Below, one piece after another: positions 1-7,846 of a DNA stretch of 64,000 nucleotides; position 1 is the first letter of the stretch; the number at the start of each line of letters is the position of its first letter. The notes under the pieces were generated by a model. That model was not told the origin of the DNA. It did no database searches and saw nothing but the letters and a program-made list of their open reading frames with translations. Source of the stretch: Acidobacteriota bacterium (GTDB lineage Bacteria > Acidobacteriota > Thermoanaerobaculia > Multivoradales > UBA5704). Position numbers and translations under genes: made by a program. Where the stretch lies: the NCBI GenBank assembly GCA_040005235.1, contig JBDTZG010000028.1, positions 6,940-70,939 of the forward strand, read 5' to 3'.

Positions 1-362
1 CGGCTGCCGGTCCCGGCGAGAAACGAGGGGGCCAAGTCGATCGCCGTCACCTCTTCGACCGCCGGTACGCGCGACAGGCGGGCGGTCGCCCAGCAGGTCC
101 CGGCGCCTAGATCCAGAACCCTACCGTGGACTCTCGGTCCGAGACGGGGATGGGCGAGCAACTGTTCGAGCTGCGGCATGCTCCCCGGCTCGTAGGCCGC
201 GATCACGTTCAGCCAGGGCTCGGCGTGCGGCCCTGGAACCGCTGCCGCCGCGCGATCCGCCGAGCCGTCCTCGTACTGCAGGTACTCGGGATACTCGGGG
301 TCGCGCGGCGTCGGGACGGTGCCGATCTCGACTTCGAGCGCTCCGGTCTGCGGTGGGGTCAT
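1..362 (-). CDS. Class I SAM-dependent methyltransferase, partial (only the N-terminal ~120 aa is in the window; the gene runs off the 5' edge)
   Basis: The reverse-strand translation from ATG at 362 reads MTPPQTGALEVEIG...VLDLGAGTCWATARL. That contains a motif-I-like GxGxG SAM-binding signature (LDLGAGTC). It lies 36 nt downstream of the GT4 stop on the same strand. It is not in the ORF track because it has no in-window stop. Confidence 0.5.
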   Translation of the reverse strand, partial: MTPPQTGALEVEIGTVPTPRDPEYPEYLQYEDGSADRAAAAVPGPHAEPWLNVIAAYEPGSMPQLEQLLAHPRLGPRVHGRVLDLGAGTCWATARLSRVPAVEEVTAIDLAPSFLAGTGS

Positions 363-398
363 GGTTCGTTTCTCCAGAACGGGATTCTCGGGGCTGCC

Positions 399-1631
399 TT
401 AGGGGCGCGGTCCCGCCAACCGATCGAGATGTCCGGCCAGCCGGTCCCGAAACCGGGCATATCTGAATTCCCGTTCCCAGCGGATCTTACCGGCTGCGCC
501 CATCCTGCGGCCGATCTCGGGTGACCCCAGCAACTGCGCGAGCGCCGCGGCCAGCTCTTGAACGTCCGAGGGATCGACCAACCGGCCGGTTTCGCCGTCT
601 TCCACCACCTCTGCGGCGGCGGTTCCGCGCACCGCGAGGCAGGGCCGGCCGGAGCGCATCGCCTCCAGGTAAACCAGCCCGAACCCCTCGCCCCGGCTGG
701 GCATCGCGAGCAGCGCCGCCCGCTCGTAGAGCACGGCGAGGGTCGCCTCGGAGACGAAGCCGGTGAAGAACACCCGGTCGGCGACCCCAAGTGCGGCGGC
801 TTTCGCTTCGAGCCGCGCCCGGTCGTCGCCCCCGCCCGCAATCACCAGGCGCGCATCGGCCACCTCGCGCGAGACCGCGGGGAGCGCTTCGAGCAATTCG
901 TCGTGCCCCTTGTAGCGTTCGCTCGCCGCCATCCGGCCGACGATCAGGGCGAACCCTTCGCCCGCCCGCTCGACCCGGGAAAGGTCGACTCCCCCCTCCG
1001 GCGTTCGCTCTTCGAGCGCGAGCGGCAGGATCTCGGCGTTCAACCCCGGATGGATCTCGCGCGCCCGGGCCAGGGTGTAGGCCGAGATCGAAAGCCGGAG
1101 CGCCGCGCCGGCAAGCGCCCGCTGCCGCGCCGGTTCGAGCGGGCGCCAGACCTCGATGCCATAGAGCATGACCAGGTAGGGCGTGCGGAGCGGAGCGGGG
1201 AGCAGCGCCTGGGTGCGGGCGAGGCCGAGCAAGTCGAACAGCAGCGCCGGGCGGCGAGCGGAGAGCTCGGCGCCCCAGGTGGCCGCGGCGAGCCGGCCGA
1301 AGCTCCGCCCGAAGAATCGCTTCCGCCCCGGCAGGCCATTCGGAAAGGTCGCGTTCAGAGCGTCGTCCAGCGCGGAGCCGGGAGAGCCGAGGGCCAGAAA
1401 ATCAGCGCTCACCCCGCGCGCGAGCGCCCATTCCGCCGCGGCACGCGCGATTAGCCGGCCGGCGAGCGCGCGGCCGCCGCCGTCGAGCTCGATCCCGGCG
1501 GAGACGAGCGTCAGGTCGCGCCGTCGGCCGGGCGGGAAGGGGGAGGGGCTCTCGGGCATTCTCGGGGGAGGCTGGATCGATCCGGTGGAATCCTCGCAGA
1601 TGGCGCCGGTTCGGGGAAGCCGTGCAATCAT
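399..1631 (-). CDS. Glycosyltransferase family 4 (GT1 fold, RfaG/WcaL-like)
   Basis: 410-aa ORF. The C-terminal half carries the GT4 signature region (RMAASERYKGHDELLEA...LVIAGGGDD...SRGEGFGLVYLEAMRSGRPCLA...EDGETGRLVDP, i.e. the E-x7-E motif context). The true start may be the internal Met ~24 codons downstream. Confidence 0.85.
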   Translation of the reverse strand: MIARLPRTGAICEDSTGSIQPPPRMPESPSPFPPGRRRDLTLVSAGIELDGGGRALAGRLIARAAAEWALARGVSADFLALGSPGSALDDALNATFPNGLPGRKRFFGRSFGRLAAATWGAELSARRPALLFDLLGLARTQALLPAPLRTPYLVMLYGIEVWRPLEPARQRALAGAALRLSISAYTLARAREIHPGLNAEILPLALEERTPEGGVDLSRVERAGEGFALIVGRMAASERYKGHDELLEALPAVSREVADARLVIAGGGDDRARLEAKAAALGVADRVFFTGFVSEATLAVLYERAALLAMPSRGEGFGLVYLEAMRSGRPCLAVRGTAAAEVVEDGETGRLVDPSDVQELAAALAQLLGSPEIGRRMGAAGKIRWEREFRYARFRDRLAGHLDRLAGPRP

Positions 1632-3052
1632 TCGGGTCTATGTCCTCGCATTGGATTCTCGCGGTCATGGAGATTCTTTGGGTGTTCGGCATCGGGCTCT
1701 GGATCGTGCTCGAAAAGCGGAGCCCGGTCTCAACACTCGCCTGGGTCTTCGGTATGGCGTTTCTGCCCATTATCGGTTTCGTGGTCTATCTTTTGCTCGG
1801 CCCTCGCCGCATCGAGCGCAAGCGGAAGAAATACCTGACCGCGCGCGCCCTGCGCGGAGATGAGGCCGCGCTACGCCACCTGCCGGCGGTCTCGTCGGAC
1901 GTCATCCGTCAGGTGCGCCTGGCGGCGGCTTCCAGCGCGCCGCTTCACGTCGCGAACGAGCTTCAGATTTTCCAGGACGGTCCCCAGCTGTTCGCCGCGA
2001 TGGACCAGGCGATCGCAGCCGCGCGCCACCACGTCCACCTGGAGTACTACATCTGGGAACCCGATAACCTGGGCCGCGAGCTTCGCGATCGGTTGATCGA
2101 GCGCGCCCGGGCGGGGATCGAGGTCCGGCTGCTGGTCGATGCGCTCGGTTCGCCGCGCGCGGATCGGAAGTTTTTCGAGGAGCTGACCAAGGCCGGCGGC
2201 GAGGTCGCGTTCTTCAACCCGCCCCGCTTCTACCTGCCGAGCTTCCGCTTCCTCAATTTCCGCACCCACCGGAAAATCGTGGTCGTCGACGGCGCGGTCG
2301 CCTTTTCGGGCGGCATGAACGTCTCGGTCACCCACACCTCCGGGTCGTCCGGAGAGGTCGCCTGGCGCGACACCCACCTGCGGCTCGCCGGTCCGGCGGT
2401 CTGGGGGCTGCAGATGGCGTTCCTCGACGACTGGCAGTTCGCGGCCCACTGCTCGCCGCAGGGCGCGGCCTACTTTCCGTGCCTCGCGGTGGGGGAGGGA
2501 CCGAACACCTACGTTCAGGTGGTGGCCTCCGGCCCCGACCGCTCGACCTACCCGATCCACGAGCTGGTGGTCTCTGCGATCTCGGCGGCGGATGAGCGGG
2601 TGTGGATCGTCTCCCCCTACCTGGTCCCCGATGAGGCACTGCTAACCGCGCTCAAAACCGCCGGCCATCGCGGCGTGGATGTCCAAATCCTCGTGCCGTG
2701 CCACGGCGACAGCGGCCTGGTCACCGCCGCCATGCGCTCGTTCTTCGACGAGATGCTCGAAAGCGGCGTCAAACTCTTTGAGTACCTGCCCGGCATGCAC
2801 CACGCGAAGACCCTGATCGTCGATGACGAGCTGGCGATCGTCGGCACCGCCAACCTCGACAACCGGAGCTTCCGGCTGAACTTCGAGGTCGTGGTGGCGA
2901 TCCACGGCGGCGTTCGAACGGAGGAGCTGGCGCTCTCGTTCGAAAACGACCTCAAGAAGGCCCGCCCGATCACCGCGGAGAGCCGGTCGGCCCTGCCGTT
3001 CCCGCGGCGTCTCGCCGAGGCGAGCGCCCGGCTGTTCGCGCCGGTTCTCTGA
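1622..3052 (+). CDS. cls: Cardiolipin synthase (PLD superfamily, two HKD motifs)
   Basis: There are N-terminal TM helices (ILAVMEILWVFGIGLWIVL, LAWVFGMAFLPIIGFVVYLLLG). Two HxKxxxxD motifs are present: HRKIVVVDGAVAFSGGMN and HHAKTLIVDDELAIVGTANLDNRS. The track's first codon at 1622 is GTG; an ATG alternative lies at 1640. Confidence 0.9.
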   Translation: MQSFGSMSSHWILAVMEILWVFGIGLWIVLEKRSPVSTLAWVFGMAFLPIIGFVVYLLLGPRRIERKRKKYLTARALRGDEAALRHLPAVSSDVIRQVRLAAASSAPLHVANELQIFQDGPQLFAAMDQAIAAARHHVHLEYYIWEPDNLGRELRDRLIERARAGIEVRLLVDALGSPRADRKFFEELTKAGGEVAFFNPPRFYLPSFRFLNFRTHRKIVVVDGAVAFSGGMNVSVTHTSGSSGEVAWRDTHLRLAGPAVWGLQMAFLDDWQFAAHCSPQGAAYFPCLAVGEGPNTYVQVVASGPDRSTYPIHELVVSAISAADERVWIVSPYLVPDEALLTALKTAGHRGVDVQILVPCHGDSGLVTAAMRSFFDEMLESGVKLFEYLPGMHHAKTLIVDDELAIVGTANLDNRSFRLNFEVVVAIHGGVRTEELALSFENDLKKARPITAESRSALPFPRRLAEASARLFAPVL

Positions 3053-3146
3053 GGGAAGCGTTTCCTCACCGATTCCTCACCGAGATTTCGCCCCTGGCGC
3101 CCGAGTGGGGAGTTAGGCTTGCCGCCAACCAACAAGGAGCCGCTCG

Positions 3147-3533
3147 ATGACCCCACCGATTCACATCACCGCCGTGGGCCAGATCGCCTGGTCGGTCAAG
3201 AATCTGGACGCCGCCACCGCGTTCTACCGCGACGTGGTCGGCCTCAAGTTTCTCTTTAGAGCGCCCCCTGGCCTGTCGTTCTTCGACTGCGGCGGCGTGC
3301 GCCTGATGCTTTCGGCCGAAGAGTCGAGCGGCGCCGCGGCGGGCGACACGTTTCTCTATTTTTCCACCGGCGACATCGAAGGGGCGACCGCGGCGCTCGA
3401 AGCGGGAGGGGCGGCGATCGTCCAAAAGCCGCACGCGGTGGCGGACCTGGGCGACCGGGTTCTCTGGCTCGCCGTCTTCCATGACTCCGAGGGGCGGGTG
3501 CAGCACCTGATGAGCGAGGTGCCGAAAGGGTAG
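3147..3533 (+). CDS. VOC family (glyoxalase/bleomycin-resistance fold) protein
   Basis: 128 aa. The hydrophobic beta-alpha-beta-beta-beta module pattern is typical of VOC proteins (VGQIAWSVKNLDAATAFYRDVVGLKF ... GVRLMLS). The context is compact. Confidence 0.6.
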   Translation: MTPPIHITAVGQIAWSVKNLDAATAFYRDVVGLKFLFRAPPGLSFFDCGGVRLMLSAEESSGAAAGDTFLYFSTGDIEGATAALEAGGAAIVQKPHAVADLGDRVLWLAVFHDSEGRVQHLMSEVPKG

Positions 3534-3542
3534 GACCTGGCG

Positions 3543-4349
3543 TTAGCTTGTTTCGGCCCATTCCTTCAGGGAACGCCGGTGGACGGCATGCAGATTGGCG
3601 TTCGTAACGTCCAGCGTCGTCACCTTCGAAAGGTGAAAGCCGGTCGCCAGGAGCGTTTCGATCAGCTCCGCCAGCGGATAGACCGCGGGGTGATACTCGA
3701 TCGCCATCGAATCGATCCGGTCGAGCAGGGCGGGGTCGAGCGAGCGGAGGATCGCGAGCTCGCTCCCTTCGCAGTCGAGCTTGAGCAGCCGGATCCGCTC
3801 CAGGCCGAATTCCTCGATCACCGCGGGGAGCGAGCGGACCCGCACCTCCGTCCGCCCTGTAATCGGCAAAGTCGCGGCCAGCTCGGGATGGAGCGTGCTG
3901 GTCCCGCCGCCCAGGACCGGGCTGATCAGCAGCTCCGCGCGTCCCTCCTGTCCGGAGATCGCCTCAGGGAAAGTGCGCACCCGGTCCGCCAGGCCGTTGG
4001 CGGCGACGTTCTGCACCATCAGCTCGTAGACCTGCGGAGCGGGCTCGAAGGCGTAGACCCGCGCCCCGTGGTAGGCGAACCAGCAGGCCGCGAAACCGTG
4101 GTTCGCGCCCACGTCCAGCACCACGTCGCCAGGGCGCAAAGGGGCGGTTTCGATGTCGTAGACCCGCGAGTGGCAGATCTCGCCCAGCATCCGGTCCGCC
4201 CCGCGGAGGCACCGGAAGTGCAGCCCCGTGCGCCGGTCGATGACGGTGACCATCTCTCGGCCGAGGGCGCGTTGCGCGAGCAGGCTGAACGGCCGGCGAT
4301 AGTTGTGGACCGCCTTGGCGATGCGATACAGGCGGGCCGGGAGGCTCAT
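3543..4349 (-). CDS. FkbM-family SAM-dependent methyltransferase
   Basis: The real start is the internal Met (MSLPARLYRIAK...) at 4349, which gives ATGA overlap with the upstream M20 peptidase stop. Motif VVLDVGANHGFAACWFA...RVYAFEPAPQVYELM is typical of FkbM methyltransferases. The Arg-rich N-terminal extension of the 347-aa track ORF is antisense read-through. Confidence 0.8.
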   Translation of the reverse strand: MSLPARLYRIAKAVHNYRRPFSLLAQRALGREMVTVIDRRTGLHFRCLRGADRMLGEICHSRVYDIETAPLRPGDVVLDVGANHGFAACWFAYHGARVYAFEPAPQVYELMVQNVAANGLADRVRTFPEAISGQEGRAELLISPVLGGGTSTLHPELAATLPITGRTEVRVRSLPAVIEEFGLERIRLLKLDCEGSELAILRSLDPALLDRIDSMAIEYHPAVYPLAELIETLLATGFHLSKVTTLDVTNANLHAVHRRSLKEWAETS

Positions 4350-5596
4350 GAAAGGTCGGCGTCCGCCGCGAACAGATCCGCGAGCAGCACCACCCGGCGG
4401 GCGAGCGAGGTGAGATCGAGGAACTCTTCTCGCGTGTGCATACCGCCGCCCACCGGGCCGAGGCCGTCGAGGACCGGGACGCGGCCGGGGTCGGGGAGAA
4501 AGTTGGGAAACGAGATCCCGCCGCGGTCGTCCTCGACTTCGAGCGTCCAGCCGCGGGAGGCGGCGAGGGCGACCGCCCGGTCGCACCAGGAGCGCTGCGG
4601 GCCATGCGGATCGACCGGTGGCACGGTGTGGCCGATCGCCAGATCGAGGACGGTCCCCGTCTCCTCACCGATCTTCGTCGCGAGCGCCGCCAGATCCTCC
4701 GCGATCTTCTCTCCCTCCGCGGTGCGTAGAAAGCGAAACTCCCCCTCGGCGATCGCATGCTCGGGGACGACGTTCAAGCGCGACTCGGTGCCCAGCAGGG
4801 CGGCGTTGGCCGCCGGATCGGAGACGAATCCTGCATCGCCCGCGATCAGGCGGCCGACGTTGATCGTCGGACCTCCCCCGGGCGCCGAAAGAGCCTCGGC
4901 CTCGGCGCACCAGCGGGCCGCGGCGATCAGAGCCGAGTGCCCCTGCCAGTAGTGGAGCCCCGAGTGGGCGGGGGTGCCCGTGGCGGCGAGGCGCCAGTTG
5001 CGCATGCCACGCCGGCCGGCGACCATCGTCTCCGACCCCTCTCGCGGCTCACCCGGTTCGAGCACCCAGACCGCCCGCGCCGAGGCGCCCCAGCGGGCGG
5101 TCGCTTCGCGCGACAGCACGCCCCCCACTTCCTCGTCCGGCACCACGACCAAATGGATGTCGGCCGGCGGAGCGATGCCGCGCCGGGCGAGCAGGTCGAG
5201 CGCGCCGATCAGGGTCGCCAAGCCCCCCTTCATGTCGATCGCGCCGGTCGCGAGCAAGCGACCGTCCTGGCGCACGGGAGGAATCGCGGAGAGCACCGTA
5301 TCCATGTGGCCAAGCAGCAGCAGGCAGGGGGCGTCGTTTCGCGCCGCCGCGGGGCCGCGGGCGTGGAGCACCGGCAGCGTCGTCTCGCCCACCTGCCGCG
5401 GCTCGATCTCGACCGCCAGCCCGCGCGCTTCGAGCGCCTCGCGGAGGAACGCGGCGACCCGCTCCAGCCCCTGCTGATCGACGCTCGGCGAAGAAAGCGC
5501 CGCAAGCTCGGTGAGGAAGGCGAGGGTGGAGGCGAACAGGTCCGGCGGCAACAGCGGGTCGACGGTTTTGTCGGTCGGATCGGCCAGATCGGTCAT
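4346..5596 (-). CDS. M20 family metallopeptidase (ArgE/DapE/CPG2-like)
   Basis: It has LLLGHMDTV and the dimetal-site context ATGAIDMKGGLATLIGALDLL ... HLVVVPDEEVGG, typical of M20. The probable start is the internal Met (MTDLADPTDK...), about 4 nt from the upstream hydrolase stop. The N-terminal 71 aa of the track ORF is Cys/Arg-rich junk. Confidence 0.8.
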   Translation of the reverse strand: MTDLADPTDKTVDPLLPPDLFASTLAFLTELAALSSPSVDQQGLERVAAFLREALEARGLAVEIEPRQVGETTLPVLHARGPAAARNDAPCLLLLGHMDTVLSAIPPVRQDGRLLATGAIDMKGGLATLIGALDLLARRGIAPPADIHLVVVPDEEVGGVLSREATARWGASARAVWVLEPGEPREGSETMVAGRRGMRNWRLAATGTPAHSGLHYWQGHSALIAAARWCAEAEALSAPGGGPTINVGRLIAGDAGFVSDPAANAALLGTESRLNVVPEHAIAEGEFRFLRTAEGEKIAEDLAALATKIGEETGTVLDLAIGHTVPPVDPHGPQRSWCDRAVALAASRGWTLEVEDDRGGISFPNFLPDPGRVPVLDGLGPVGGGMHTREEFLDLTSLARRVVLLADLFAADADLS

Positions 5597-5600
5597 GGGG

Positions 5601-6356
5601 CTAGCGTATCGCGCCCCGGCCCTCGAACGCCCCGGTGGCGAGCACCTGGCGCCAGAGGCGACGCCAGGCGAACCAGGTGTGGCCGCCATGCGTGTGGAGC
5701 ACGCGATCGGGAGGCAGCAGCGAGGCGAGCAGGCGGTGCCCCCGGCGCAGACGGTCGGAATCGCCGAATCCAAGCAGCAGCGGAGGGCGCTCTGCTCCCG
5801 GGGTCTCAAACCCTTGGAACCACACCCAGAGCCGCCGCAGATCGCGCGGCTCGGGTGGAGCCGCGGGATGCCATTTGCGCGGGCCGCCGGCTTTCTCGAT
5901 CTCGTCCAAAATCGGATCGTCGCCCAGGTAGGGGGAAAGGAGGACCAACCCTTCTACCTCCCCGGGTCGGTCGCAGGCGTAGAGCGACGCGCCCAAACCG
6001 CCGAGCGAGATCCCGACGAGCCAGATCTTCTCGACCCCGCGGGCGCGGGCCGGCGCGATCACGTCCTGATGGAGACGCTCGACGATCGAGCCGTCGGCGA
6101 AATAACCGAAATGGCTTTCGACCGCGATCACCTCGCACGGAGATCCGCTGTCGCGGAACGCTTTCAGGAAGCCGCCCTTGTGGAAGAAGTCTTCTTTATG
6201 GTCGCCGAGACCGGGCAGGAAGACGACCAGGCATCGGCCGCCCGGCGCGCCGGGCAGGTCGGCGGTGGGGATTGGCACGGTGGTCGGCCCCGGTCGCGGT
6301 GGGCAGCCGGCGAGGATCAGCGCGGCGAGCAATCCCCAGATCGTTCGTAGGCTCAC
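5601..6356 (-). CDS. Alpha/beta-hydrolase (esterase/lipase-like) lipoprotein
   Basis: GTG start at 6356, confirmed as 'cac' on the plus strand. That gives VSLRTIWGLLAALILAGCPP, a signal peptide with an LAGC lipobox. It has a GxSxG nucleophile elbow (VGISLGGLG) and an HGG oxyanion-hole motif. The upstream 180 aa of the track ORF is Arg/Gly-rich read-through. The start overlaps the upstream gene stop as GTGA. Confidence 0.75.
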   Translation of the reverse strand: MSLRTIWGLLAALILAGCPPRPGPTTVPIPTADLPGAPGGRCLVVFLPGLGDHKEDFFHKGGFLKAFRDSGSPCEVIAVESHFGYFADGSIVERLHQDVIAPARARGVEKIWLVGISLGGLGASLYACDRPGEVEGLVLLSPYLGDDPILDEIEKAGGPRKWHPAAPPEPRDLRRLWVWFQGFETPGAERPPLLLGFGDSDRLRRGHRLLASLLPPDRVLHTHGGHTWFAWRRLWRQVLATGAFEGRGAIR

Positions 6357-7762
6357 GGTCGTTCCTTTTCCGGCAAGACGTCCGGCCACCAGCCGCCCGG
6401 TTGGTTGAGCGGCAGAGGGCAGCGATCGACGATGTGCAGCTCGTGGAGCATTCTGTGGTCGGAGCGGAGCGCCAGATCCAACCCTTTCCGCCCGGCGCAG
6501 CGGTAATGGGTGGCGCCGAACGTCTGGGCGACCAGGAGCAACAGGGCGACCGGCGCCGCGACCCGGAGCGCCAGCTGGACCCGCTGTGCATGCCGGGTCC
6601 GGAGGAGCGAATTCAGCCACAAAAGCGGCGGCAGCACCGCGGCGTGGAGGATCACCAGCCCCTGCCAGTTCATCACCGTGGTCGGCGCTCCGCAGTAGAC
6701 GACCACGGCGGCGAGAAACGTCCACGCCGCGTACTCTTCGAGAAAGCGGCGGCCGCTCTTGCGAAGCACCGCGGGCGGCACCCGCCGACGCCAGCCGCGC
6801 CGGACGATCTTTTTGCCCAGGCGGAGATTCGCGATCAGCACCGCAATCATCGTCAACGCGCCGAGCGCGCCGAGCCCCTGGGCGAGCGGTGTCAGCCACG
6901 CGTCCATTCCGGGACCGAAATCGGGGGTGAAATCAAACACCGCCATCTTCCCGCCGATCGACAAGCTCGCATGGCGCAGCCAGTAGAGCAACCCGCGCAG
7001 CAGGGGGAAGACATAAATCAGCCCGCGGAACAGGAACCCCTGGTTCGCAGCGGAGATCTCCGGATGGGCCCCGAGGGCAAGAACCCAGGGGACGAGCGGC
7101 AGGGCTCCGAGAGCGATCCCGAGCACCACCCCCGGCCAGTGCGGTCGAAACGCGCGACGCAGCCAGAGCAGGCCGACAGAGCCGAGCAACAGCAGCGCCG
7201 AGGGGTGGATCTGAAACGACAGGACAATGCTTGCCGCGAGCACCAGCGACGCGAAGAACGAAGCCTTCTCGCGCTGGCGCCGGATCGACCACAGGTGGAG
7301 CGCGCCGAACAGGAACAGGTAGTTCGGATTCCACAAGAAAGCCGAGTGGTAGAGCCGCCACGGGTTCAGCCAATAGAGCAGGGCGAAAGGCAGGCGGGCG
7401 CGCGACCCCAGATCGCGATGGACGATCCGGTCGAGCAGCGCGTAGGCGGCGACGTGGAACAGCAGAATCAAGACGGTCGGCGCTCGGTGGTCGCGCCAAA
7501 GGTAGAGCGGCAGGGCGACCAGCAGGGTGGTGAATCCGCCCGCGGCATTGCCGCCGCTCGACAGCGGATTGCCGAACGGGATGAAGACCTGATCGACCAC
7601 CAGCAGCCAGCCGCGGGCGAGCAGATTTAGCTGGTCCCCTCCGACCTGACTGCGGAGCAACATAGCGATCGAGATCGCGAGCCCGGACAGAAAGCTAGCC
7701 GCGAGCAGCGCGCGTTCCCGTGGGGTCGTTTCCTGCCGAGGAGATGCTGCTTCGCGCGCCAT
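6353..7762 (-). CDS. Polytopic inner-membrane protein, GT-C-like putative glycosyl/mannosyltransferase (function unassigned)
   Basis: The true start is probably the internal in-frame Met (MAREAASPRQ...) at 7762. Downstream are at least 10 predicted TM helices rich in W/L/F/Y (LNPWRLYHSAFLWNPNYLFLFGALHLW). The 280-aa N-terminal extension in the track ORF is R/E/Q-rich and is probably not translated. It is the first gene of the 4-gene overlapping operon. Confidence 0.65.
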   Translation of the reverse strand: MAREAASPRQETTPRERALLAASFLSGLAISIAMLLRSQVGGDQLNLLARGWLLVVDQVFIPFGNPLSSGGNAAGGFTTLLVALPLYLWRDHRAPTVLILLFHVAAYALLDRIVHRDLGSRARLPFALLYWLNPWRLYHSAFLWNPNYLFLFGALHLWSIRRQREKASFFASLVLAASIVLSFQIHPSALLLLGSVGLLWLRRAFRPHWPGVVLGIALGALPLVPWVLALGAHPEISAANQGFLFRGLIYVFPLLRGLLYWLRHASLSIGGKMAVFDFTPDFGPGMDAWLTPLAQGLGALGALTMIAVLIANLRLGKKIVRRGWRRRVPPAVLRKSGRRFLEEYAAWTFLAAVVVYCGAPTTVMNWQGLVILHAAVLPPLLWLNSLLRTRHAQRVQLALRVAAPVALLLLVAQTFGATHYRCAGRKGLDLALRSDHRMLHELHIVDRCPLPLNQPGGWWPDVLPEKERP

Positions 7763-7846
7763 GCCCGCCGAGGATAGCGCAGGCACTCGGAAGGGCACCG
7801 GACGCACAGGAGAGAGCCCCGGCGCCACGATAAGATCGAGGTAGCC

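Noticed and set aside
126-841. ORFs 126..524(+) and 359..841(-) at the window start
   Set aside because: They overlap the partial methyltransferase and the GT4 gene in other frames. They are Arg-rich and low-complexity with no motif support.
4757-7630. 957-aa plus-strand ORF, extremely Arg/Gly/Asp-rich
   Set aside because: It is antisense to three well-supported minus-strand genes (M20 peptidase, alpha/beta hydrolase, membrane protein). Its composition is typical of spurious ORFs in high-GC DNA.
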